Of a stretch of 20,186 nt of DNA, positions 7,238 to 20,186 are shown one piece after another. Origin of the DNA: Octopus sinensis (Eukaryota); assembly GCF_006345805.1 (NCBI RefSeq), contig NW_021832927.1:1-20186 (forward strand). Direction: 5' to 3'. The notes under the pieces were generated by a model. It saw only the letters and a list, made by a program, of their open reading frames with translations. It made no database searches and had not been told where the DNA came from. A program made the translations under genes and the position numbers. Positions within the stretch are counted from its first letter, which is position 1; each line of letters starts with the position of its first letter.

Positions 7238-10200
7238 CAAACCAGCCGACCCACCGACCAACCAACCAACCAACCAACAGTCGATGCACGACCAACCGAC
7301 CAACCAACAAACAAGCAACCAACCGACAAACCAGCCAACCAGCTGAACCAAGACCAACCGACAAACCAGCCAACAAGCAACCAACCGACAGACCAGCCAA
7401 CCAGCTGAACCACGACAACGGACAAACTCGCAAACCAGCCGACCCACCAACAACCAACGAACCAGCCAACAAGCCGATCCACGACCAACCGACAAACCAG
7501 CCAACCAGCCGATATACGACCATCCGACAAACCAGCCAACAAGGCGACCCACCGACAAACCAGCCAACAAGCAACCAACCGACAAACCAACTGAACCACG
7601 ACCAACCGACAAACTCGCAAACCAGCCGACCCACCACCAACCAACGAACAAGCAGATCCACGACCAACCGACAAACCAGCCAACCAGGTGATTTACGACC
7701 ATCCGACTAACCAGCCAACCAGGCGACCCACCGACAAACCAGCCAACTGGTAACCAACCGACAAACCAGCCAACCAGCCGATTCATGACCAACCGACAAA
7801 CCAGGCGATCCACCGACCAACCAGCAAACCGGTAACCAACCGACAAACCAGCCAACCAGCCGATTCATGACCAACCGACCAACCAGCCAACCAGGCGACC
7901 CACCGACCAACCAACCAACCAGTAACCAACAGAAAACCAGCCAACTAGCCGATCCATGATCAACCGACCAACCAGCCAACCAGTAACCAACAGACAAACC
8001 AGCCAACCAGCCGATCTACGACCATCCGACCAACCAGCCAACCATGCGACCCACCGACAAACCAGCCAACCAACAACCAACCGACAAAGCAGCCAACCAG
8101 CTGATACATGACCAACCGACCAACCAGCCAACCAGGCGAGCCACCGACCAACCAACCAACCAACCAGCAACCAACTGACAGACCAGCCAACCAGCCGATC
8201 CATGAACAACCGACCAACCAGCCAACCAGGAAACCAACCGACAAACCAGCCAACCAGCCGATATACGACCATCCGATTATCCAGTCAACCAGGCGACCCA
8301 CCGACCAGCCAGCCAACTGGTAACCAACCGACAAACCAGCCAACCAGCCGATTCATGACCAACCGACCAACCAGGCGATCCACCGACCAACCAGCCAACC
8401 GGTAACCAACCGACAAACCAGCCAACCAGCCGATTCATGATCAACCGACCAACCAGCCAATTAGGCGAACCACCGACAAACCAGCCAACCAGTAACCAAC
8501 AGACAAACCAGCAACCAGCCGATCCATGAGCATCCGACCAACCAGCCAACCAGGCGACCCACCGACCAACCAACCAAACAGTAACCAACAGACAAACCAG
8601 CCAACTAGCCGATCCATGATCAACCGAACAACCACCCAACCAGTAACCAACAGACAAACCAGCCAACCAGCCGATTCATGACCATCCGACAAACCAGCCA
8701 ACAAGGCCACCCACCGACCAACCAGCAAACCAGTAACCAACAGATAAACCAGCCATGACTAACCGATCTACGACCATCAGATCAACCAGCTAACCAGGAG
8801 ACCCACCGACCAACCAGCCAACCAGTAACCAACTGACAAACCAGCCAACCAGCCGATTCATGACCATCCGACAAACCAGCCAACCAGGCGACCAACCGAC
8901 CAACCAGCCAACCAGCAACCAACTGACAAAGAAGCCAAACAGATGATTCATGACCATCCGACAAACCAGCCAACCAGGCGACCCACCGACCAACCAGCCA
9001 AAGTACCAACAGACAAACCAGCCAACCAGCCGATTCATGACCATCCGACAAACCAGCCAACCAGGCGACCAACCGACCAACCAGCCAACCAGAATCCAAC
9101 AGACAAACCAGCCACACAGCCATTTCATGATCATCCGACAAACAAGCCAACCAGGCGACCAGCCGACCAACCAGCCAACCAGTAACCAACAGAAAAACCA
9201 GCCAACCAGGCGACCAACCGACGAACAAGAAAACCAGCAACCAACAGACAAACCAGCCAACCAGCCCATTCATGACCATCCGACAAACCAGCCAACCAGG
9301 CGACAAACCGACCAACCAGCCAACCGGCAACCAACAGAAAAAACCAGCCAACCAGCCGATTCATGACCATCCGACAAACCAGCCAACCAGGCGACCCACC
9401 GACCAACCAGCCAAACAGTAACCAACAGACAAACCAGCCAACCAGCCGATTCATGACCATCCGACAAACCAGCCAACAAGGCCACCCACCGACCAACCAG
9501 CCAACCAGTAACCAACAGACAAACCAGCCAACCAGCCGATTCATGACCATCCGACAAACCAGCCAACCAGGCGACAACCAACCAACCAGGCTCCAGGAAC
9601 CAACAGACAAACCAGCCAACCAGCCGATTCATGACCATCTGACAAATCAGCCAACCAGGCGACCAACTGACTAACCAGCCAACCAGAAACCAACAGACAA
9701 ACCAGCCAACCAGCCGTTTCATGACCATCCGACAAATCAGCCAACCAGGCGACCAACCGACCAACCAGCCAACCAGTAACCAACAGACAAACCAGCCAAC
9801 CAGGCGACCAACCGACCAACCAGCCAACCAGCAACCAACAGACAAACCAGCCAACCAGCCGATTCATGACCATCCGACAAACCAGCCAACCAGGCGACCA
9901 ACCGACCAACCAGCCAACCAGTAACCAACAGACAAACCAGCCATGACTAACCGATCCACGACCAACCGACCAACCAGCCAACCAGCAACCAACAGACAAA
10001 CCAGCCAACCAGCCGATTCATGACCATCCGACAAACCAGCCAACTAGGCGACCAACCGACCAACCAGCCAACTAGTAACCAACAGACAAACCAGCCAACC
10101 AGCCGATTTATGACCATCCGACAAACCAGCCAACCAGTAACAAACAGACAAACCAGCCAAACAGCCGATTCATGACCATCCGACAAACCAGCCAACCGGG

Positions 10201-13200
10201 CGACCAACCGCCCAACCAGCCAACCAGTAACCAACAGACAAATCAGCAAACCAGCCGATTCATGACCATCCGACAAACCAGCCAACCAGTAACCAACAGA
10301 CAAATCAGCCAACCAGCCGATTCATGACCATCCGACAAACCAGCCAACCAGGTGACCAACCGACCAACCAGCCAACCAGCAACCAACAGACAAACAAGCC
10401 AACCAGCCGATTCATGACCATCCGACAAACCAGCCAACCAGGCGACCAACCGACCAACAAGCCAACCAGCAACCAACAGACAAACCAGCCAACCAGCCGA
10501 TTCATGACCATCCGACAAACCAGCCAACCAGTAACCAACCGACCAACCAGCCAACCGGCAACCAACAGAAAAAACCAGCCAACCAGCCGATTCATGACCA
10601 TCCGACAAAACAGCCAACCAGGCGACCAACCGACCAACCAGCCAACCAGTAACCAACAGACAAACCAGCCAACCAGCCGATTCATGACCATCCGACAAAC
10701 CAGCTAACCAGGCGACCAACCGACCAACCAGCCAACAAGAAACCAACAGACAAACCAGCCAACCAGGCGACCAAACGACAAACCAGCAAACCAGCAACCA
10801 ACAGACAAACCAGCTAACCAGCCGATTCATGACCATCCGACAAACCAGCCAACCAGGCGACCAACCGAGCAACCAGCCAACCAGAAACCAACAGACAAAC
10901 CAGCCAACCAGGCGACCAACCGACGAACCAGCAAACCATCAACCAACAGACAAACCAGCCAACCAGCCGATTCATGACCATCCGACAAACCAGCCAACCA
11001 GGCGACCAACTGACTAACCAGCCAATCAGAAACCAACAGACAAACCAGCCAACCAGCCGTTTCATGACCATCCGACAAATCAGCCAACCAGGCGACCAAC
11101 CGACCAACCAGCCAACCAGTAACCAACAGACAAACCAGCCAACCAGGCGACCAACCGACCAACCAGCCAACCAGCAACCAACACACAAACCAGCCAACCA
11201 GCCGATTCATGACCATCTGACAAACCAGCCAACCAGGCGACCAACAGACCAACCAGCCAACCAGTAACCAACATACAAACCAGCCATGACTAACCGATCC
11301 ACGACCAACTGACCAACCAGCCAACCAGCAACCAACAGACAAACCAGCCAACCAGCCGATTCATGACCATCCGACAGACCAGCAAACCAGGCGACCAACC
11401 GACCAACCAGCCAACTAGTAACCAACAGACAAACCAGCCAACCAGCCGATTCATGACCATCCGACAAACCAGCCAACCAGTAACCAACAGACAAACCAGC
11501 CAACCAGCTGATTCATGACCATCCGACAAAGCAGCCAACCAGGCGACCAACCGCCCAAACTGCCAACCAGTAACCAACAGACAAACCAGCCAACCATCCG
11601 CTTCATGACCATCCGACAAACCAGCAAACCAGTAAGCAACAGACAATTCAGCCAACCATCCGATTCATGACCATCCGACAAACCAGCCAACAAGGCCACC
11701 CACCGACCAACCAGCAAACCAGTAACCAACAGACAAACGAGCCAACCAGCCGATTCATGACCATCCGACAAACCAGCCAACCAGGCGACCAACCGACCAA
11801 CCAGCCAACCAGGAACCAACAGACAAACCAGCCAACCAGGCGACCAACCGACGAACCAGCAAACCAGCAACCAACAGACAACCCAGCCAACCAGCCGATT
11901 CATGACCATCCGACAAACCAGCGAACCAGGCGACCAACTGACTAACCAGCCAACCAGAAACCAACAGACAAACCAGCCAACCAGCCGTTTCATGACCATC
12001 CGACAAACCAGCCAACCAGGCGACCAACCGACCAACCAGGCAACCAGCAACCAACAGACAAACCAGCCAACCAGCCGATTCATGACCATCCGACAAACCA
12101 GCCAGCCAGGCGACCAACCGACCAACTAGCCAACCAGTAACCAACAGACAAACCAGCCATGACTAACCGATCCACGACCACCCGACCAACCAGCCAACCA
12201 GCAACCAACAGACAAACCAGCCAACCAGCCGATTCATGACCATCCGACAAACCAGCCAACCAGGCGACCAACCGACCAACCAGCCAACCAGTAACCAACA
12301 GACAAACCAGCCAACCAGCCGATTCATGACCATCCGACAAACCAGCCAACCAGGTGACCAACCGCCCAACCAGCTAACCAGTAAGCAACAGACAAACCAG
12401 AACACCAGCCGATTCATGACCATCCGACAAACCAGCCAACCAGGTGACCAACCGCCCAACCAGCCAACCAGCAACCAACAGACAAACCAGCCAACCAGCC
12501 GATTCATGACCATCCGACAAACCAGCCAACCAGGCGACCAACCGACCAACCAGCCAACCAGTAACCAACAGACAAACCAGCCAACCAGCCGATTCATGAC
12601 CATCCGACAAACCAGCCAACCAGGCGACCAACCGACCAACCAGCCAACCAGTAACCAACAGACAAACCAGACAACCAGCCGATTCATGACCATCCGACAA
12701 ACCAGCCAACCAGGCGACCAACCGACCAACCAGCCAACCAGTAACCAACAGACAAACCAGCCATGACTAACCGATCCACGACCAACCGACCAACCAGCCA
12801 ACTAGTAACCAACAGACAAACCAGCCAACCAGCCGATTCATGACCATCCGACAAACCAGCCAACATGGCGACCCACCGACCAACCAGCCAACCAGTAACG
12901 AACAGACAAACCAGCAAACCAGCCGATTCATGACCATCCGACGAACCAGCCAACCAGGCGAGCAACCGACCAACCAGCCAACCAGTAACCAACAGACAAA
13001 CCAGACAACCAGCCGATTCATGACCATCTTACAAACCAGCCAACCAGGCGAGCAACCGACCAACCAGCCAACCAGTAACCAACAGACAAACCAGACAACC
13101 AGCCGATTCATGACCATCCGACAAACCAGCCAACCAGGCGACCAAACGACCAACCAGCCAACCAGTAACAAAAGACAAACCAGCAACCAGCCGATTCATG

Positions 13201-16200
13201 ACCATCCGACAAACCAGCCAACCAGGCGACCCAACCACAACCAGCCAACCAGTAACCAACAGACAAACCAGCCAACCAGCCGATTCATGACCATCCGACA
13301 AACCAGCCAACCAGGCGACCAACCGACCAACCAGCCAACCAGTAACCAACAGACAAACCAGCCAACCAGCCGATTCATGACCATCCGACAAACCTGCCAA
13401 CCAGGTGACCAACCGCCTAACCAGCCAACTAGTAACCAACAGACAAACCATATAACCAGCCGATTCATGACCATCCGACAAACCAGCCAACCAGGTGACC
13501 AACCGCCCAACCAGCCAACCAGCAACCAACAGACAAACCGGCCAACAGCCGATTCATGACCATCCGACAAACCAGCCAACCAGGCGACCAACCGACCAAC
13601 CAGCCAACCAGTAACCAACAGACAAACCAGACAACCAGCCGATTCATGACCATCCGACAAACCAGCCAACGAGGCGACCAACCAACCAACCCGCCAACCA
13701 GTAACCAACAAACAAACCAGCCAACCAGCCGATTCATGACTATCCGACAAACCAGCCAACCAGGCGACCAACCGACCAACCAGCCAACCAGTAACCAACA
13801 GACAAACCAGACAACCAGCCGATTCATGACCATCCGACAAACCAGCCAACCAGGCGACCAACCAACCAACCAGCCAACCAGTAACCAACAGCCAAACCAG
13901 CCAAGACTTACCGATCCACGACCAACCGACCAACCAGCCAACTAGTAACCAACAGACAAACCAGCCAACCAGCCGATTCATGACCATCCGACAAACCAGC
14001 CAACGAGGCGACCAACCGACCAACCAGCCAACTAGTAACCAACAGACAAACCAGCCAACCAGCCTTTTCATGACCATCCGACAAACCAGCCAACCAGGCG
14101 ACCAACCGACCCACAGACAAACCAGCCATGACTAACCGATCACGACCAACTGACCAACCAGCCAACCAGCAACCAACAGACAAACCAGCCAACACACCAG
14201 CCGATTCAACCAGGACCATCGACAAACGAGCCAACCAGGCCGACCAAACCGAGCAACCAGCCAACCAGTAACCAACAGACAAACCAGCGATGACTAACCG
14301 ATCCACTACCAACCGACCAACCAGCCAACCAGCAACCAACAGACAAACCAGCCAACCAGCCGTTTCATGACCATCCGACAAACCAGCCAATCAGGCGACC
14401 AACCGACCAACCAGCCAACCAGTAACCAACAGACAAACCAGCCATGACTAACCGATCCACGACCAACCGACCAACCAGCCAACCAGTAACCAACAGACAA
14501 ACCAGCAAACCAGCCGATTCATGACCATCCGACAAACCAGCCAACCAGGCGAGCAACCGACCAACCAGCCAACCAGTAACCAACAGACAAACCAGCAAAC
14601 CAGCCGATTCATGACCATCCGACAAACCAGCCAACCAGGCGACCAACCGACCAACCAGCCAACCAGTAACCAACAGACAAACCAGCCATGACTAACCGAT
14701 CCACGACCAACCGACCAACCAGCCAACCAGTAACCAACAGACAAACCAGCCAACCAGCCGATTCATGACCATCCGACAAACCAGCCAACCAGGCGACCAA
14801 CCAACCAACCAGCCAACGAGTAACCAACAGACAAACCAGCCAACCAGCCGATTCATGACCATCCGACAAACCAGCCAACCAGGCGACCAACCGACCAACC
14901 AGCCAACCAGTAACCAACAGACAAACCAGCCAACCAGCCGTTTCATGACCATCCTACAAACCAGCCAACCAGGCGACCAACCGACCAACCAGCCAACCAG
15001 CAACCAACAGACAAACCAGCCAACCAGCCGTTTCATGACCATCCTACAAACCAGCCAACCAGGCGACCAACCGACCAACCAGCCAACCAGTAACCAACAG
15101 ACAAACCAGCCAACCAGCCGATTCATGACCAGCCGACAAACCAGCCAACCAGGCGAGCAACCGACCAACCAGCCAACCAGTAACCAACAGACAAACCAGA
15201 CAACCAGCCGATTCATGAGCATCCGACAAACCAGCCAACCAGGCGACCAACGAACCAACCAGCCAACCAGTAACCAACAGACAAACCAGCCAACCAGCCG
15301 ATTCATGACCATCCGACAAACCAGCCAACCAGGCGACCAACCGACCAACCAGACAACCAGTAACCAACAGACAAATCAGCCATGACTAACCGATCCACGA
15401 CCAACCGACCAACCAGCCAACTAGTAACCAACAAGCAAACCAGCCAACCAGCCGATTCGTGACCATCCGACAAACCAGCCAATCAGGCGACCACGACCAA
15501 CCAGCCAACCAGTAACCAACAGACAAACCAGCCAACCAGCCGATTCTTGACCATCCGACAAACCAGCCAACCAGGCGAACAACCGACCAACTAGCCAACC
15601 AGTAACCAACAGGCAAACCAGCCATGACTAACCGATCCACGACCAACCGACCAACCAGCCAACTAGTAACCAACAGACAAACCAGCCAACCAGCCGATTC
15701 ATGACCATCCGACAAACCAGCCAACCAGGCGACCCACCGACCAACCAGCCAACCAGTAACCAACAGACAAACCAGCGATGACTAACCGATCCACGACCCA
15801 CCGACCAACCAGCCAACCAGTAACCAACAGACAAACCAGCCATGACTAACCGATCCACGACCCACCGACCAGCCAGCCAACCAGTAACCAACAGACAAAC
15901 CAGCCAACCAGCCGATTCTTGACCATCCGACAAACCAGCCAACCAGGCAACCATCCGACCAACCAGCCAACCAGTAACCAACAGGCAAACCAGCCATGAC
16001 TAACCGATCCACGACCCACCGACCAACCAGCCAACCAGTAACCAACAGACAAACCAGCCAACCAGCCGATTCATGACCATCCGACAAACCAGCCAACCAG
16101 GCGACCCACAGACCAACCAGCCAACCAGTAACCAACAGACAAACCAGCCAACCAGCCGATTCATGACCATCCGACAAACCAGCCAACCAGGCGACCCAAC

Positions 16201-19200
16201 CGACCAACCAGCCAAGTAGTAACCAACTGACAAACCAAGCCACCAGCCGTTTCATGACCATCCGACAAACCAGCCAACCAGGCGACCAAACCGACCAACA
16301 GACAAACCAGCCATGACTAACCGATCCACGACCAACTGACCAACTAGCCAACCAGCAACCAGCAGACAAACCAGCCAACCAGCCGATTCATGACCATCCG
16401 ACAAACGAGCCAACCAGGCGACCAACCGAGCAACCAGCCAACCAGTAACCAACAGACAAACCAGCGATGACTAACCGATCCACTACCAACCGACCAACCA
16501 GCCAACCAGCCGTTTCATGACCATCCGACAAACCAGCCAATCAGGCGACCAACCGACCAACCAGCCAACCAGTAACCAACAGACAAACCAGCCATGACTA
16601 ACCGATCCACGACCAACCGACCAACCAGCCAACCAGTAACCAACAGACAAACCAGCCAACCAGCCGATTCATGACCATCCGACAAACCAGCCAACCAGGC
16701 GACCAAACAACCAACCAGCCAACGAGTAACCAACAGACAAACAGCCACGACTAACCGATCCACACAAACCGACCAACCAGCCAACCAGCAAACACAGACA
16801 AACCAGCCCACCAGCCGATTCATGACCAGCCGATAAACCAAGCAACCAGGCCGACCAACAACCAAACCAGCCCAACCAAGTAACCAAAACAGACAAACCA
16901 GTACCAAACAGCCGTTTCATGACCATCACAAACCAGCCAACCAGTAACAACAGGCAACCAGACATGACTAACTGATCCCGACGAGCCAAACCGACCAACC
17001 AGACAACCAATAACCAACAGACAAACCAGCCAACCAGCGATTCATGACCAGCCGACAAACCACCCAGAACCACCAGTAACCAACAGAAAACCAGCCAGAC
17101 TAAACCGATCCAACGACCAACCGACGCACCCACCAGCCAACTAGCAAACAAACAGACAAACCAGCCAACCAGCCGATTCATGACCAGACCGACAAACCAG
17201 CCAACCAGGCGACACACAGACCAACCAGCCAACCAGTAACCAACAGACAAACCAGCCAACCAGCCGATTCATGACCTCCGACAAACCAGCCAACCAGGCG
17301 ACCAACCGACCAACCAGCCAACTAGTACAAACTGACAAACCAGCCAACCAGCCGTTTCATGACCATCGACAAACCAGCCAACCAGGCGACCAACCGACCA
17401 ACAGACAAACCAGCCATACTAACCGATCCACGAGACGACCAACTGACCAACCAGCAACCAGCAACCAACAGAAAAACCAGCCAACCAGCCGATTCATGAC
17501 CATCCGACAAACCGAGCCAACCAGGCGACCAAACGAGCAACCAGCCAACCAGTAACCAACAGACAAACCAGCGATGACTAACAGATCCACGACCAACCCG
17601 ACAACCAGCCAACAGCAAACCAACAGACAAACCAGCCAACCAACCGTTCATGACCATCCGACAAACCAGCCAACCAGGCGACCAACCGACCAACCAGCCA
17701 ACCAGTAACCAACAGACAAACGCCCAATGACTAACCGATCCACGACCAACCGACCAACCAGCCAACCAGTAACCAACAGACAAACCAGCCAACCCCCCGA
17801 TTCATGACCATCCGAGAAACCAACCAACCAGGCGACCAACCGACCAACCAGCCAACCAGTAACCAACAGACAAACCAGCCATGAATAACCGATCCGCGAC
17901 CAACCGACCAACCAGCCAACCAGCAACCAACAAAGTAACTAGCCAACCAGCCGATTCATGACCAGCCGTCAAACCAGCCAACCAGACGACCAACCGACCA
18001 ACCAGCCAACCAGTAACCAACAGACAAACCAGCCATGACTAACCGATCCACGACCAACCGACCAACCAGCCAACCAGCAACCAACAGACAAACCAGCCAA
18101 CCAGCCGTTTCATGACCATCCTACAAACCAGCCAACCAGGCGACCAACCGACCAACCAGCCAACCAGTAACCAACAGACAAACCAGCCAACCAGCCGATT
18201 CATGACCAGCCGACAAACCAGCCAAACAGGCGAGCAACCGACCAACCAGCCAACCAGTAACCAACAGACAAACCAGACAACCAGCCGATTCATGACCATC
18301 CGACAAACCAGCCAACCAGGCGACCAACGAACCAACCAGCCAACCAGTAACCAACAGACAAACAAGCCAACCAGCCGATTCATGACCATCCGACAAACCA
18401 GCCAACCAGGCGACCAACCGACCAACCAGACAACCAGTAACCAACAGACAAATCAGCCATGACTAACCGATCCACGACCAACCGACCAACCAGCCAACTA
18501 GTAACCAACAAGCAAACCAGCCAACCAGCCGATTCATGACCATCCGACAAACCAGCCAATCAGGCGACCCACCGACCAACCAGCCAACCAGTAACCAACA
18601 GACAAACCAGCCAACCAGCCGATTCTTGACCATCCGACAAACCAGCCAACCAGGCGACCAACCGACCAACTAGCCAACCAGTAACCAACAGGCAAACCAG
18701 CTATGATTAACCGATCCACGACCAACCGACCAACCACCCAACTAGTAACCAACAGACAAACCAGCCAACCAGCCGATTAATGACCATCCGACAAACCAGC
18801 CAACGAGGCGACCCACCGACCAACCAGCCAACCAGTAACCAACAGACAAACCAGCGATGACTAACCGATCCCACGACCCAACGACCAACCAGCCAACCAG
18901 TAACCAACAGACAAACCAGCCATGACTAACCGATCCGCGACCCACCGACCAACCAGCCAACCAGTAACCAACAGACAAACCAGCCAACCAGCCGATTCTT
19001 GACCATCCGACAAACCAGCCAACCAGGCAACCAACCGACCAACCAGCCAACCAGTAACCAACAGGCAAACCAGCCATGACTAACCGATCCACGACCCACC
19101 GACCAACCAGCCAACCAGTAACCAACAGACAAACCAGCCAACCAGCCGATTCATGACCATCCGACAAACCAGCCAACCAGGCGACCCACAGACCAACCAG

Positions 19201-20186
19201 CCAACCAGTAACCAACAGACAAACCAGCCAACCAGCCGATTCATGACCATCCGACAAACCAGCCAACCAGGCGACCAACCGACCAACCAGCCAACTAGTA
19301 ACCAACTGACAAACCAGCCAACCAGCCGTTTCATGACCATCCGACAAACCAGCCAACCAGGCGACCAACCGACCAACAGACAAACCAGCCATGACTAACC
19401 GATCCACGACCAACTGACCAACCAGCCAACCAGCAACCAACAGACAAACCAGCCAACCAGCCGATTCATGACCATCCGACAAACGAGCCAACCAGGCGAC
19501 CAACCGACCAACCAGCCAACCAGTAACCAACAGACAAACCAGCGATGACTAACCGATCCACTACCAACCGACCAACCAGCCAACCAGCAACCAACAGACA
19601 AACCAGCCAACCAGCCGTTTCATGACCATCCGACAAACCAGCCAACCAGGCGACCAACCGACCAACCAGCCAACCAGTAACCAACAGACAAACCAGCCAT
19701 GACTAACCGATCCACGACCAACCGACCAACCAGCCAACCAGTAACCAACAGACAAACCAGCCAACCAGCCGATTCATGACCATCCGACAAACCAGCCAAC
19801 CAGGCGACCAACCGACCAACCAGCCAACCAGTAACCAACAGACAAACCAGCCAACCAGCCGATTCATGACCATCCGACAAACCAGCCAACCAGGCGACCA
19901 ACCGACCAACCAGCCAACCAGTAACCAACAGACAAACCAGCCATGACTAACCGATCCACGACCAACCGACCAACCAGCCAACCAGTAACCAACAGACAAA
20001 CCAGCCAACCAGCCGATTCATGACCATCCGACAAACCAGCCAACCAGGCGACCAACCGACCAACCAGCCAACCAGTAACCAACAGACAAACCAGCCAACC
20101 AGCCGTTTCATGACCATCCGACAAACCAGCCAACCAGGCGACCAACCGACCAACCAGACAACCAGTAACCAACAGACAAATCAGCC
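7238..20186. repeat. Large A/C-rich satellite array (>12.9 kb, truncated by the window end); dominant monomers 90 and 64 bp
   Basis: Reference 90-mer at 12231-12320: GATTCATGACCATCCGACAAACCAGCCAACCAGGCGACCAACCGACCAACCAGCCAACCAGTAACCAACAGACAAACCAGCCAACCAGCC (72/90 A+C, 5 T). Confidence 0.97.

Noticed and set aside
6960-20172. Dozens of minus-strand W/V/G/L-rich ORFs that look hydrophobic
   Set aside because: They overlap in several frames and simply translate the G/T-rich satellite strand.

Overview
Eukaryotic, gene-poor window with no supportable CDS; almost every ORF in the track is a by-product of low-complexity repeats. The SINE families resemble octopus/cephalopod tRNA-derived SINEs (my recollection, not a database hit). 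1-4.4 kb is a mosaic of small mobile elements and microsatellites: a SINE nested in inverted orientation inside another copy, a 402-bp non-autonomous Helitron, a microsatellite fold-back, and a 363-bp TIR element with a type I hammerhead-ribozyme-like fold at its exact centre. From 4.5 kb onward, five tandem-repeat families abut directly: (CTT)n; an AAAATTTT-based AT-rich tract; a 10-bp minisatellite punctuated by six twin-hairpin modules; an ~800-bp degenerate (TAACCC)n telomere-like tract; and a >12.9-kb A/C-rich satellite built from four 27-37-bp blocks (90- and 64-bp monomers, kb-scale higher-order repeats) that runs off the window. The best novelty candidates are the hammerhead-bearing TIR element and the hairpin-punctuated minisatellite. 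All alignments and folds were done by eye.
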